A stretch of 63,795 bases of DNA, filler included, from Folioceros fuciformis (Eukaryota): assembly GCA_049999805.1 (NCBI GenBank). It is 7 parts of 7 records of this genome, joined end to end, with 100 filler letters (N's around TTAATTAATTAA, not from the genome) between each part and the next. Parts side by side here need not be neighbours in the genome. Positions count along the whole stretch, not along the records: positions 23,766 to 38,084 come from JBNGIO010004446.1; 6 more parts are not named here. One strand, written 5' to 3'. The position numbers and the translations under genes were made by a program. Below, piece after piece: positions 24,410 through 37,215 of this stretch (positions within the stretch are counted from its first letter, which is position 1; every line of letters begins with the position of its first letter). Below the pieces are notes generated by a model, which worked only from the letters and a program-made list of their open reading frames with translations, searched no databases and had not been told where the DNA came from.

Positions 24410-26444
24410 ATGGCGCATCCTGGAGAGCAGGGCTACGACCTCCTGGTCAGGCCTGCTGCCTGGAGCATCCGCTTTACCCTGGCCTGCGCCGTGCTGGCCT
24501 CCTTCAGCTCCTGCATCATCGGATATGGTAACGGGATTTGAATGTTAGAACGATGAATGAATGTGTGGATACAGCTTGTCGGTTAGTAAGTGATGACGGA
24601 CGGGAAGGGATTGGAATGGAATGGAGGAAGAATGGTCTGCTGTCAGGCGGGGGGGTTAGGGTTTCGAACCGGAGTCCTCTGGTTCCCAGTGTCTCAGGTT
24701 TACCACTCATCTCATCCAGAGGAACGTCTCGTGATGCATTGTTGCAGATCTCGGGGTGATGTATGGAGCCGCTGGCTTCATCAGGGAAGATGCAGGGATG
24801 TCCAAGCTCCAGGCGGAGTATCTCTCAGGACTGTGCCTGACGGTGTCGTCTGCCGCGGGAGCAGCAGCCTCTGGATCTCTAGCTGACGGCTTGGGGCGGA
24901 GATGGAGTCTAGCGGTTTCCGCGGCGGTGATCTTCGTCGGGATGGCCGCCATGTTGTTAGCACCGTCTTTTCCGGTTCTTGTGCTGGGGCGGGTGGTGGA
25001 GNNNNNNNNNNNNNNNNNNNNNNNNNNNNNNNNNNNNNNNNNNNNNNNNNNNNNNNNNNNNNNNNNNNNNNNNNNNNNNNNNNNNNNNNNNNNNNNNNNN
25101 NGTGTCGGGGTGGGATTGGGATTGGTGGCAGCTCCTCTGTACATTGCAGAGATCTCGCCCGCCCAGTCCCGGGGGTGGTTGATGTCGTTTCTGGAGGTTT
25201 TGAGCAATGCGGGAGTCCTGCTGGGCTACGTGGCTGCGGTGATGCTGTCTGATCCGAGGTACAGTTTGAACTGGAGGATGGTGCTTGGGGTCGGGGCGGC
25301 TTTGGCGGCCGCGCTTTCCGGGGCCGTGGTGGTGTTGCCGGAGTCTCCTCGGTGGCTGGTGAAGCAGGGGCGGGTGGAGGAGGCGGAGCAGGTGCTGCTT
25401 CGGACGTCCAGAAGCAAGGCCCAGGCAGGGACCAGCTTGGCGGAGATGGTGGCAGCGAGTGGGCGGGCGCCTGTTCGGGTGGAATGGAGCTCCAAGCTTC
25501 CTAGCATCAGTTTGCTGTTGCAGAGGCTCCGGCAGATGCCATCTCCTGATGCGAGGAGGATGCTTCTTGTTGTACTAGGACTGCAGATCTTGCAGCAGTG
25601 GGTGGGCTTGGAGGCTGCTGTCTTCTTCTATCTGCGAGCGTTGTTGAGTGAAGGGGGAATTCTGAGCAGCATGGTGGTGTTCGTATCAACTCTAGGGGTA
25701 GGGTTGTGCAGGATCATCTCCACTGTGGTATCGGGACAATGGCAGGACCGAGTGGGCCGGCGTCCTCTGCTTCTCTTCGGTGGCTGGGGCATGGCCGTGT
25801 GCATGGGAGCGCTGGCTGCTGCTTTCGCTATTCTGGCAGCAGACTCTGGAGCTGCGGAAGTGACCATTCCTGTTGAGCTGCAAGGGAGGAGCGGACCTGG
25901 AGTGGTCGCTGCCCTGGCGCTGGTTGCTGTCTTCGCCTATGTCTCGTTCTTCTCCGTAGGGTTGGGGCCCATTAACTGGACCATCTCGGCGGAAGTCTTC
26001 CCCCTCACGATGCGGGCGCAGGCTATGGGACTGGCTGTGGCTGTTAATAGGCTTGCTGGCGGGTTGGCTAGATCATGCTTCCTTCAGATCTCGAGGTTGG
26101 TCTCGGCGTCTTTGGTTTGCCTCATGTTTGCTTCCGTGTCGGTGGTTGTTCTCGTCTTCGTCTATTGCTGGGTACCCGAAAGTAAAGGGAAGAGTCTGGA
26201 GGAGATCCAAGTATTGCTTCAGCCGAAACAAGGCAAGAAACCTTCTCTCAGGCTGAATTTGGACTTCAAGGGAACGTCAGGCTCAGAGAAGCTGGCTCCT
26301 GCTGCTGCTGAACTGCATGAGTCTGTCTTCTCAAAGCAAAGAGCCTTTCCTGGGATTGCGCAAGGAGCTTTCTTCAAGGATTTCTTCTCCAAGACTAGGT
26401 CCAGCAGGATTAGAGATGCAGACGAGAAGGCGTCACAATCGTGA
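24410..26444 (+). CDS. MFS sugar porter, polyol/monosaccharide transporter (PMT/PLT)-like; 2 exons (24410-24527, 24748-26444; N gap 25002-25101)
   Basis: ACAVLASFSSCIIGY|DLGVM across a GT-AG intron; motifs DGLGRR, APLYIAEISP..RG, PESPRWL, DRVGRRPLLL, FSVGLGPINW..AEVFPL..RA, PESKGKSLEEI. Confidence 0.9.
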
Positions 26445-26914
26445 CATTTCGAGCAAAATGTGGGTTTCTGTAGAGTACGTTTGTTCCTTACCCCGGCTGT
26501 CTGCTTGAGATTTTGCCGGAGCAGGCTGTAACTGTTGTACTTTTAGGTAGGTCTTCTTCAGCTGTTCTGATTCGTGATGAAGGAAACCTTTTCAGTTGGA
26601 GACTGAATTTTTGTAGTGTGAAACCGAGACTCGCTCAGGCAAGGATCAGTTGAGAGAGCTTCTGCCTTACGTACTACTTGCAAGGACTTGTAAAGATACA
26701 GATCCAGGAGTTCAGTCATAAAGCTTTGGCCTCACTCAACAGGAGTGTACAGATGTGGATCACAAGGTGCGCAAGGTGGGGCCGTGTACTCTAGCCCGAA
26801 TGCGCCCAGGTCTTCAGGTCACCTAAGTATGGAATTGCAAGAGCACGTTGGAAGGTGGTGAAGAAGTGTACAGCATGTCCCACTTGGGACAGATATCATG
26901 TAACATGCGAACCA

Positions 26915-27260
26915 CCATCTGAGACTTGTTCCGTTAGTGGAGGAGGAGGTCAGGACTGTAGCCGGTTAATCCCACATTGCCCAGTCGGAAGCCTACCACA
27001 TGAGTGCAATGGCAAATACGTCCTGTCACGTCTGCAGGCATCAAATGCGAAGCAGCAGTAGGGCTATTTCCGAGGATGAGTGCAACGCTTTCAGACGCTT
27101 TGAAGGTGACAAGGACGGCGCAGCACCCGGGAAGCAGCGCCTATGCGGCGTGTGGAACAAAATCTTTGGGTGGTTGCGCCAGTTTCATCCTCATGGCGTG
27201 GGCACTCTCTCCCAAATAATGAGAGTAGGGAGAAGTATGTAAGAGGATTCCCTTGACGCC
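26915..27260 (-). pseudogene. Decayed duplicate of the last two exons and intron of the adjacent epoxide-hydrolase-like gene
   Basis: Aligns by eye to 27880-28205 (CTGGCGCAACCACCCAAAGA; intron GTGCTGCGCCGTCCTTGTCACC; ASDWAMWD* versus ASHWPMWDE). Has stops, and the catalytic His is lost. Confidence 0.8.
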
Positions 27261-27869
27261 GAGGCACTTGAGATGTCACCTGATCTGGTGTCTGGTAGTG
27301 TTGTTGGTCTTCATTGTGTGCATGATCAGGCTTTTGGAGAAAGGGGTGCTCGTGAGTTACTCTTGAACCTCTCTACTCCCAGCGCAATGGCTGAACGATT
27401 TTGGACCCGAATCGCCCCTCTTTCTTGAACACGAACTACGTACGTAACATTCACGTGGATGGAAGTGCAGTTGCGTGGTTCCCTCGGAAAGACGTCCCAT
27501 GTGCATCAAGGGATGGGGAACAACCCTCCACATAAGGCCCACTGAAGTCCGATTCACAGTAGGGATGGGAACACCCTGTGTAGAATGTCCACTATAATGT
27601 TACCACTTGTGTCCATGGCGGAGAATAACAAAGATGCGACAAGGAAACGCAAAAGTGTTGACGCCGCCCGTCGAAGGGGCAGGCACTTGAAACTAGTGCT
27701 CATCTTCTATCAAAGTTGAGCAGAGGTGGAGTTTTGAAAGGATTTCTTCTGCTCCCAAGATCAGAGACACATGTTCACCTTACATCCATGCTTTTGCTTG
27801 AGTTGGAAGTCTGCGACAGTGTGAGCAAAAGCTCGGTGGCATACTTGGGGCAGATAACAAGCGGATAAC

Positions 27870-29406
27870 TTACGAGTGAGACTGCTGCAGGTACTGGAGA
27901 AGGATGACATTGAATGTGTCAGGCTCGTCCCACATTGGCCAGTGGGAAGCCTGTCACACGAGAGAACGGGATAATGTGACCTGTCACGTCTGCAGGTACG
28001 AAAAAAGCAAAAGCATGCTGCAATGGCAAATGTGTCCAGCCATGCCAAACGCAGGTGACAAGGACGGCGTAGCACCTGGGGAAGCAGCACCAATTCCGTA
28101 TTTAGGACAAGGTCTTTGGGAGGCTGAGCCAGTTGCGTCCTAATGTAAGGGTCACCCTCTCCCCAAATGATGAGAGCAGGAAGGGAAATGCAAGAGGATT
28201 TTCCTTCCCAGTACCCAGAGAATCCTGCTCTGTAGAGATTTAGAGCTGCTTCCAAAGCTCCGGGTTTGGAGTACGCCTGCACATGCCTACCACAAACACT
28301 CGTCTCTTTAGCACCCACGTCAGACAACCTCACAAACCCACATGGGGACATCCTGCTACTTGAGCTGTTGCGGAGCAGGGCCAACCTCTGGATGCCCTCG
28401 TCAGACAAAGGACGGCGAGGCCCGGTCTCCAGCGCCTTCCTCAGAATCCTGTAACTGGTGAACCCGGACGTCTTGGAAAGTCATTCAACTGCCTAAGCCT
28501 AAGAAACCTGTCCTCTCAAAACATTTGCCAGCCTGACTTGCAGTTCACCTGAACATTCTTATCAACATCTCTGGAATCACTGGAAGCTGGAAGAAGACTG
28601 CTCACATGGGCGACGAAAAGGCTTCAGACTGAAACACTGGTCTAAGAATCCAGGTGGGGCTGGAAGCGGAAAAAGATCCAACACAACTTACAGATGTACC
28701 AACTCCTCAACATCTGGCGAACGTCTGACCATAGAGCCCGCCCGAACAACCTTGGGTGAGGGGCATTCACAATCACAAGCCTACGCAGCTTGTCTGGATA
28801 TCTCTCACCGAAAGACCAAGCCAAAACGCCTCCCCAGTCATGTCCCACCTGCAGCGCAATAGTGCACATCAAGGCTACCTAAACTGCGACATTGCACTAA
28901 CCGACGAAGACAGGAAGACCTGGCAACTTCACCAAAGTGGCAGGTCTGTCTCCTCCGAAATGGTCAATCAAGTGCCACACATCAGATTCCATAGCTTTCC
29001 CGCTATAGCTTGTCACGCCATTTGGCTTGGACGACAAGTTGAAGCCCCTCAGGTCCGGAGCAATGACACGATAGCCTGCCTGAGCGAGGGGCCCAAATTG
29101 TGTCATCCAAACGTACCAGAAGTTGGGGAATCCATGTAACAACAGGACCTGCAGATCCAGCTAGCTCTTGTGAACGGAAAACGTGTTGAAAGCAGCAGAA
29201 GAGACGGAACGATCACGTTGACAGGAGTTCTCTCGCCCTCCTGTACCAACACTCTTTCCACCGACCAGCTCTCCGGATGGGCTTCCGCATTCCACAAAGT
29301 GAAGCTTTACTGAGGGTGTGGTGAGATATCCGTGAAGCAGTTTACACCCCTCCACCACTTCCTCGCCACAGTACTCAGAGCTGCTGTTGCCACCACCATC
29401 GCTCAT
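27870..29406 (-). CDS. Alpha/beta hydrolase, epoxide hydrolase-like; 7 exons (29406-29266, 29148-28933, 28848-28692, 28597-28549, 28454-28386, 28286-28076, 27950-27870)
   Basis: VLLLHGFPNFWYVW, VIAPDLRGFNLSSKP, VGHDWGG, RSWYIFFQLP, ALNLYRA, IIWGEGD, ASHW. All introns are GT-AG and keep the frame. Alternative ATG at 29421. Confidence 0.92.
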
Positions 29407-30208
29407 GCCAACCGCCCTCATTCCGATTCTGGTTTGAACGCGCAGCGAGCTGAATCTTATCTTCAGGACTTGGATGTAAATCGGTGAACATTCAATGCGG
29501 CCAGAGTGCTCGACTCTAATGGCGCTCAGGCTTGTCGAGAACAGGGACATTACGATGGAAACGACAATGTCGAGAACTGTCGAAAACAGCAGCGATGCCA
29601 CCAAAGTTTCCGCTGCCACCGACAACTACCATGAACGAAGTGAAATCAGACCACCAAGTATGTAGGAAGGAAGGGAACTTTGTGGGTATTGCCGTTGGAT
29701 GTCCAGAAGTGGACAACAAGACATCTCGAAATCTCTCTTCCTTTGGAGAGCCAGCATCTAACCCATGTTTGTATATACTGTAATTCCACAAAACAACAAG
29801 ACGACTGTCCTTCGGCAGTTCCTGCTGCAAAGCTGTTGTTTCTGTCCGCGTAGTAGTACTGTACCTGTAGCCCAGAGAGCAACAGGAGCCGTACGACGAG
29901 ACTACGAAACAAGGGCATGGGGGTCACATGCAGAAGAGATGACAGTCCAGCCGTGTGGAAAACAAACCTGACGGCTGTGTATCGGCCTTACTACTCATGT
30001 ACTTACACACACATCGGGTGACTTGGATCAGGACACAAACGTCTTCCCCAGAAGTCATGCCCCAGAAATAAATGTTACCTCTCAAATAACTGCGCCCTTT
30101 TGGCCGTAGCACACAGCCTAGTCAGAGAGGAAGAATCATCGGGGTCAGCAAAAAAGTGAACTAATTGCTGAAGAAGAAAGTGTTAGCAACAGCAACAGAA
30201 GTGTCCAG

Positions 30209-32035
30209 CTACTTGGTGTAGAGAACATCCTCCCAAGGGTGACGGTACAGAGGCTGCTTCAACCGCTTCTGATCAAATGTGTGACCGATCAGCCCGATGC
30301 TACGGGCCAGGACGAAGAGACCATTCAAGTACCCAATCTCGATGATCTCATCGATCTCATGCTGGGAGAACATGGCACAGCTGGCCAAGAGATCCAGGAA
30401 CAGGGAGCCGATGCAGCCATCCACGTTGAGCACCAAGTTATTAGCCTTGGAGAGAGTGTACGTCTCCACAGTGACAGCATACTCCATGTACTTGACAGAG
30501 GGGAAATGAGCCCTAGCGTACTGCTGCAGCAGCTCCACCCTCTTGTCTCGGTTATCCCTGCTCTTGATCCTATGCCCGATGCCAGGCACACGAATTCCCT
30601 TCTTCTTCATGGTCTCCACAAACTCGTAGGGCGTCACACTCCTGTCACACGCATCCTTGAAGTATCTGGCAGCATCATCGATAGCTCCACCAAACCTGGG
30701 CCCGATGGTCAGCAACCCTGCCACCAAACAGGACACCAGATCCTTGCCCGCCCGAGAAGTCACAATAGAGTTGTGGGCTCCAGAAACACAAGGCCCGTGA
30801 TCCGCACACAGCACGATACACATCTCGATGAACTTGGTGCAGTACCGAGGCAGGCTCCTCTTGAACCACAAGAGCGAGATCACATCCCCCACCCCATAAT
30901 CCTTCTCGATGATGCTGGACATGGGAATCCCCGCATACGTGGGCTCCTCCCCTCTATCATCACAGATCGTAGACACAATATGGGTGGGAGCACGAACCTT
31001 CCCAGCCTTGATAGCCGCATTCAGATCCTCTGGAACAGGAGGGGGAGTTATTTCCGCCGCAGGCACGACCTTTTTCTCCGCCACAAGAGCCTGGTACGTC
31101 TCCTTAATCTTCCCCTCCAGCCCCTCAAACGAAGTGGGCACGATAGCCCCCGCATCAGCCAAGGCCTTGTTCTTGGCCTGGGCACTCTCCAGCTCCGCCC
31201 CGCTTTTAGCCCCAGCGTGCCCGAACTGCACCTCGGACTTGAACAGACTGGCACACGTCCCGCTCACCCACGCCACCACGGGCTTCTGCACCTTGTTCTG
31301 CTTCAAAGCATCCACCAAAGAGTACTCATCCTTACCGCCCAGCTCCCCCAACACCACAATGAGCTTGATCTGAGGGATGTTGTTGAACCTCAACACGTGA
31401 TCCGACAAGGTGGAGCCCGGATACACGTCTCCCCCGATGGCGATGCCCTCGTACAGCCCGTCCGTTACCCTGGCCAGCACATTGTAGAGCTCGTTGGACA
31501 TGCCCCCGGACTTGGACACAAACCCAACACTCCCAGGGCGGTAGAGCTTGCAGTGGATAATATTGTCCAGGGTGCCCGCCGTATCCCCGATCTTGAACGC
31601 CCCCGCCTGGATCCCGCCCACAGTCGCAGGCCCGATGATCACCTTGTTGTTGGCCCGCGCGTAGGCGATGAGCTTCTTGGCGTCCCCCTCAGGCACGCCC
31701 TCCGCGATGATGGCCACCACCCGCACCGTGGGCTGCTTCAACGCCTCCATGGACGACGCATACGCGCTGCGGAAGGAGGCAAAATTGATGAACACATCTG
31801 CCGTGGGGTGCGCCTTGCACGCCGCCGGGACGCTGCTGTGCACCGGGATGGCGATCTCCTCCTGCCCGAAAAACAGCTTCTGGAAACCCTCGGAGCCCGG
31901 GTTGATCACCCCGGCCACCGACGGCGTCTCCCTCCGGCACAGGAAGTCGAAATCCAGCATCCGCTGCACCGGGCTCTGCTTGTAGTTGTAGAAGAGCGCC
32001 TGCGTCGTCCGCGAGAAGAGCTGCCCGCTCCCCAT
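30209..32035 (-). CDS. ACLB: ATP-citrate synthase (lyase) beta chain, 608 aa, intronless
   Basis: MGSGQLFSRTTQALFYNYKQ..., IIGPATVGGI, VQFGHAGAKS, ADHGPCVSGAHN, QPLYRHPWEDVLYTK. The ORF-track extension to 32227 is 5' UTR. Confidence 0.98.
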   Translation of the reverse strand: MGSGQLFSRTTQALFYNYKQSPVQRMLDFDFLCRRETPSVAGVINPGSEGFQKLFFGQEEIAIPVHSSVPAACKAHPTADVFINFASFRSAYASSMEALKQPTVRVVAIIAEGVPEGDAKKLIAYARANNKVIIGPATVGGIQAGAFKIGDTAGTLDNIIHCKLYRPGSVGFVSKSGGMSNELYNVLARVTDGLYEGIAIGGDVYPGSTLSDHVLRFNNIPQIKLIVVLGELGGKDEYSLVDALKQNKVQKPVVAWVSGTCASLFKSEVQFGHAGAKSGAELESAQAKNKALADAGAIVPTSFEGLEGKIKETYQALVAEKKVVPAAEITPPPVPEDLNAAIKAGKVRAPTHIVSTICDDRGEEPTYAGIPMSSIIEKDYGVGDVISLLWFKRSLPRYCTKFIEMCIVLCADHGPCVSGAHNSIVTSRAGKDLVSCLVAGLLTIGPRFGGAIDDAARYFKDACDRSVTPYEFVETMKKKGIRVPGIGHRIKSRDNRDKRVELLQQYARAHFPSVKYMEYAVTVETYTLSKANNLVLNVDGCIGSLFLDLLASCAMFSQHEIDEIIEIGYLNGLFVLARSIGLIGHTFDQKRLKQPLYRHPWEDVLYTK

Positions 32036-32137
32036 GGCCACAATGCTGGGCGCCCACGACGCTCTTCTCTTCTCTGCTCTGCTCGCCTTGCTCCCGGCGC
32101 CTGCGAGCTCGCCCGCGGCACTAAAGCTGCCCAGATC

Positions 32138-32198
32138 AATCGCCCACAAACTCCGTTCAATCGCCCACAAACTCCGCACTATCGCCCACAAAAACTGC
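32138..32198. repeat. 21-bp tandem repeat x3 (ATCGCCCACAAACTCCG..) upstream of ACLB
   Basis: Direct reading; about 100 bp upstream of the start codon. Confidence 0.85.
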
Positions 32199-33277
32199 GT
32201 CGCTCGCCGGTGCAAGAGAGCCTGCACCGCCTTCTGCCGTGCAAGACAGGCGGGCTCTCACTGTCCCCGCTGCTTTCAGCACAGGAGCGCGAATGTCATG
32301 GGCGGGTCGCAGAAAGCCTGCTACCTAGGCCCAGTAATATACCACAACAAGCACGTTTCTCCTAACCGAAACCAACCTACATGCGTAAAGGAAGGGATAG
32401 AGCCCCGTCATCTCCTGCATTCCAAACAAATGTATGTACAGTACAACACATCTCCCTTCCTCCAACCTCTTCTTCCTTCCCAACAAAACAGCCATCACCA
32501 ATCAACACAGGTCGCTACAAGGTACACGCATCTGCCCGAACACGAGAGGTTCCAGACTTCCCAACAACAAAAGGGCACAATCAGCAAATTTCTTGTCCTG
32601 CAGGCCTTCCAGTACCGAGTTTTTGGCATCAGTCCAAAGTGGGCCAGAAGGAAGTCCTGCCATCCGGTAGCCAGATTATGGCATCAGAACAAAGTGGGCC
32701 AGACGGAAATCCAGATCCTTGATCCACTTCAATAAAATTCTCCTATGCTAGACCTAGAAACGTGGGCATACACCATGGTACATGTTTCTCAAAGTATTGA
32801 GTCGTATCACAAGGAAACTTCAGTTATCTCCATCCAGGAGGATGGAGATGGATGTCTCCTTCATTGGAACCTCGAGCCAAGGACCTTTAGACCGGGCCAA
32901 CATTAGAATGGTGTGCTTTCGTCTCACATAATCAATAAAAAATCAATCAAGCAAAAAGTGTAGACTTGGTGTCTACGAACTGACTCCGAGAAGATTGCTC
33001 GTCATCTGCAACGTTCATACAGGTTCATCCGTCCCCGTTCACACTAGCTGCCACTAAACGGGCTCGCTGCACTGCTTGAACATCTTATATGTACAAAAGG
33101 TACAGTCGGTCTAACCGTGACGACAGGCCGTTTATCCGCTGTAGGAGCTTTTGCAATTGTGCACGCGTGAAGGCGGGAGGGCAGGAATCGCCACTTGAAT
33201 ACATCTGCCGATCATCTGCAGGGACGAAATCGCTCTCGAAGGACGTCATCGGTCCTGTTTCTTGCTCTCGTCGTAAG

Positions 33278-36200
33278 ATGGAGGGGGATTCTGGCCAGGA
33301 CCTTTGGAACCTGTTGCCGGAGGAATGCAAATCCTTGATCCTGGAGCGACTTACCACCAAACAGCTGGCTCGGGCAGCACCGGTCATTCTCAACCCTTGT
33401 CTGACTCAAATCTCACACCTTCCGGTTGCAACAGGCTTTCTCCAACCATGTTTCTTTCGTACAGGAGCATCATGCTAGAGCATCTCCGTGGCTGGATAGG
33501 ATTTTGCGATTTGGTTGTGGGGGCGAAGTGTGTGCGTGACTGCAATGTAGCCGCACTTCGAGACGCTTTCTCACTTGAGCCTTTTTGGATCAGATCTCCA
33601 AGGAGTTCGCACATACAGTCAGGAAAATGAGGGATGAGGTTGTTACGCTGGTGTTGCCACCTAACATGAAGGTTTCCACTCTTCAAGGAATGGTATATCT
33701 GTGACAAGTGAGAGGGTTTGATTCTTGTCAGGTTCCTCTTGTCCTGCTGTCGAGCAATGGAAAGGAAGGGACGATCGTTTATGACCCCATGCCGTCTAAT
33801 TCTAGGTTGCCGCTCATAGAAACCTCAGTTTTCTCAGTTTCAAGCGCTATGGTAAGGGCCTCTACAGCGTTCCAGAATTTTGTTTTCCTGGCATCGTGTA
33901 GCTGGTTCGCTCGAAAGGGATGGTAGCTGGTGATGACGATTGTTCGGTTTTCGTGGTGCAGGTGGAAAGATCAACAGTTTTGTTCCTCTTCTGGAGGCTG
34001 CCACTGGCAACTTCCCGTGTACAGACATTGGGGCACCTGTCTTCTGGAGGCGCCGGTCACTGGAAGCGGTAGACTTTCGTGGTTGTGTGCACCTATCCGA
34101 TGCAGATATTGCAGAGCTTTGCTGGCTGCACCCACGGGTACGGTCCTGTATGTGGGTTTCCTTACTGCACATCTGTACTGACACTTCTGCCTGTTTATTC
34201 ACTCTGACAAGTCAGTTGCTTGTGGTCAACAGATAGAAGAAGTGAACTTGGCAGGCTGTCAGTGTTTATCAGATTCTGCACTTGTTACCTTGTCTCGTCA
34301 TCGGCGAGCAAACAATTTGAATGCCCCACCGGCCGAGGATGAATTGGATAACCTAATTGACAGAGTTCCAGTAGAAGTGGATTCGGTGCTTCAGTCAGAT
34401 GTAGCTAGTCTGCAACTCCCAGAACTTGGGTTGGACCATTCGGACCATCCTGGTCAATCTGTAGATGAAGGTGAAGATGTTAGCTTCCTAGCTGAAGCCT
34501 GGCCACTGCCTGGTGCGGGTGTAAAGCCTGAGAACTTGGTGACACGAGATGCTGGTAGTCCAGGAAAGGATGAGAAGCCAGAGGCTGTGGCTTCAGTGAG
34601 CACGGCTGAAGGAGCCTTAAGCGAATCTGCACTTTGCTCTAGCGATACTGGAGTTGTAGCAAGCTATGCTCAGGCCGCCGCAAGGGCATCTCAAGTGAAT
34701 GAGCCACCTTTGTGTTCACCTTATTTTCCTTCAGATGCAGATGATACAGCAGGGGTTCAGGCTGAGATTGAGAAAATAAGAGGTTGGCCTAAGAAAGCCG
34801 CGCAAGCAAGCCAGGTTATTCTTCTGCCTAGCGTAACCTTGGAAAACGTGTGTGCAATTAAAGTGCTGAAGTTTCGCTTTTAATGTTGTCCTGGCTATTC
34901 ATGGAACATTCGCCAGACAGTGAGCAAAGGAAGAGCTCAGGTGGACGACAAGGACCTGACCTGCAGGACAGATGTGTCCAATTTATCAAGATCTACTGTC
35001 GGTGGTTCAAAATTACGATTCGCAAGTCTGATGACGAATAGACCACCTGATCTATCTGGAGGGACTGGATTAAAGGCAGTCTGCTTAGCGAGTCTCCCGA
35101 AAATCACAGACCATGGAGTGCAGGTTGGTTGGTCCCAGGTGGAATCGTTGATGGTTCACTGGGATGGCTCCAGATGGAATAGTTAATTTGCTGCATTCTT
35201 TAACATGTGTGCACGTATATATCTAGCAAATCAATAGTGGTTGTGGGTTTACAGGCCTTGCTGAAAGGTGCTTCGAGGTCATCGTTGGTGACCTTGGACA
35301 TTTCGAGATGTGCCGGCATCACCAACAATGGGTTAAGAGTACCCTCTAATTCTCCCCTCGAGAATTTGACTGCAGTTCAGATGCCCAGCATTACGCGCCT
35401 GCGGTTTCTGTTTTCAGATGATCAGGGTCTCAGGACTTTAAATCTTGCAGGTTGCCCTCAGGTGAGGCATAGCTGGTTGCAGAGACCATGGGCCTGTTTT
35501 GGCATTGGGTATGTCTACAGGGTTGACTCTTCTTGTGTTCCCTCTGCAGCTTGAGGAACTGATGTTGGTGGGGCCACGCCTGCAAACTTTGAACTTAGCG
35601 GGCTGCAAGAGGCTCTCTGCATTGCAGCTGAAATGCCCCAATCTTGAAGCTCTCAACATGTCACTCTGTGGTAGGAGCTGTCAGTGTCTATTGAGCATAT
35701 ATTCAGATCCAATCAGGTTTGCGCCTTGTTCTCCTGCTCTAAATTCGTCATTACATTCTCATGTTCGAATTGTTGCTGGCGTCGAATCCAGAAAACATTC
35801 AGAGGTTTGGAAGATTTGAGTGTAGTGCCCTGCAAAATCTCAATGTGGTGGGATGTCGATTACTTTCAACGGCTGGCATGGCCATGATCCTAGAGTCAAG
35901 CAATGCCCTACAAGAGTTGCGATGCAGTGGTTGTGACCGAATCGATGCCCTTACTATCCCACACCTGTCTCTTGTCCGTCTGGAGGCCTCAGGTTGCTCA
36001 GCTCTGAAGAGGTATCATTCCGTTCGTGGCCCCACTTTCTTTCCACTTGTCACCGATTAGTATATTATCCAGGCTGTGTATCATCCCTGAGGCCTCATGC
36101 TTGTCGGAGACGCACCTGCTATGCTAAACTGTGAATTCTCGCAGACTTGTTTCGCTATCCAGGATTCTAAGGGTGGTGGACACATGCGGTTGTAAGAGCC

Positions 36201-36541
36201 TAAAGGAAATCCGCCTAAGTTCACCTTTCCTGCAGCGCATGCTTTTTACGAACTGTTCCCAGCTGAAAATCCTCGTACGGGTCCCTGAACTCTTCTGTTT
36301 TCCCCGCCATTCTATGGTGGCCCATGACATGCTCTGTCAATCCTCATGAAACGGACCGATGTATGTGCAGGTCTTGCCTCTGGAGGGAATCAGTACCACT
36401 GCACAGAATGGGGACGATAGATTGAACCAAATGGACGACGAGTTCGAAATTTCCATCAATGGAGCGTACAGTTTGCATGAGGTGACCAGGAAGCGAATCG
36501 AAAAACTGTCAAGACAAATGAGGAGTTTGACTGCCACATAG
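33278..36541 (+). CDS. F-box/LRR-repeat protein, about 11 exons
   Basis: F-box LWNLLPEECKSLILERLTTKQLARAAP (exon 1, 33278-33382); Cys-containing LRRs in later exons (LEAVDFRGCVHLSD, NLAGCQCLSD, LDISRCAGITNNGL, LQTLNLAGCKRL, LQELRCSGC); stop at 36541. Internal boundaries approximate. Confidence 0.85.
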
Positions 36542-37010
36542 AATGCACCATCAAATCAAACAGAAATCAGCAACATATGTACTAACTAACTAAATTTCCC
36601 ATCGTTTCCCAGTTAGACCTTCCATCGTTGTGATGGTCGTAGAGCAGCCACCACGAAGTGTGTTGCGGTGTTTATCAGAGGATCCTCCCCAGCCTCGCTT
36701 CCAACGACATAATATGCTATGCAGCTTAATGCTAAGCTCGTTCCACTTCTTCACACACTGTACAGTATCTTGGAGTCAAGGAAGCGAAGGTCCCGTCGGA
36801 TTCTGTTGTTTGTCAGAGGGCCCTTGGTACATTCACCACGCAGACCTTCCCTTCACTTCCCTTAGCGCTGTAGCAGCTGAATGTTAAGCTCTTCAGGACG
36901 AATAACGAAAGGATATTGCTCGACAGGAAGATTAAGCAGCTTTCCGGTATGTCCAGTGTACATTTCTTGACATAGTCGTGACACTAGCCGACACCTGACG
37001 TGTTGACACT

Positions 37011-37215
37011 CAGGGGTTCACCAGTTCTGGTCTGATTGTCAGACTCAAAGAGCCTGAAGGCTTAGCCGTATNNNNNNNNNNCAGGGGTTCACCATTTCTG
37101 GTCTGATTGTCAGACTCAAAGAGCCTGAGGGCTTAGCCGTATAGAGTCAGGGGTTCACCATTTCTGGTCTGATTGTCGGACTCAAAGAGCCTGAAGGCTT
37201 AGCCGTATAGAGTCA
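37011..37215. repeat. 66-bp tandem repeat x3 abutting the pogo-like element
   Basis: CAGGGGTTCACCATTTCTGG... at 37011, 37082 and 37148; one junction is an N gap. Confidence 0.85.

Noticed and set aside
30239-32365. 708-aa antisense ORF over ACLB
   Set aside because: Shadow frame of a GC3-rich gene with no motif; the same applies to the antisense ORFs over CSN6 and the hydrolases.
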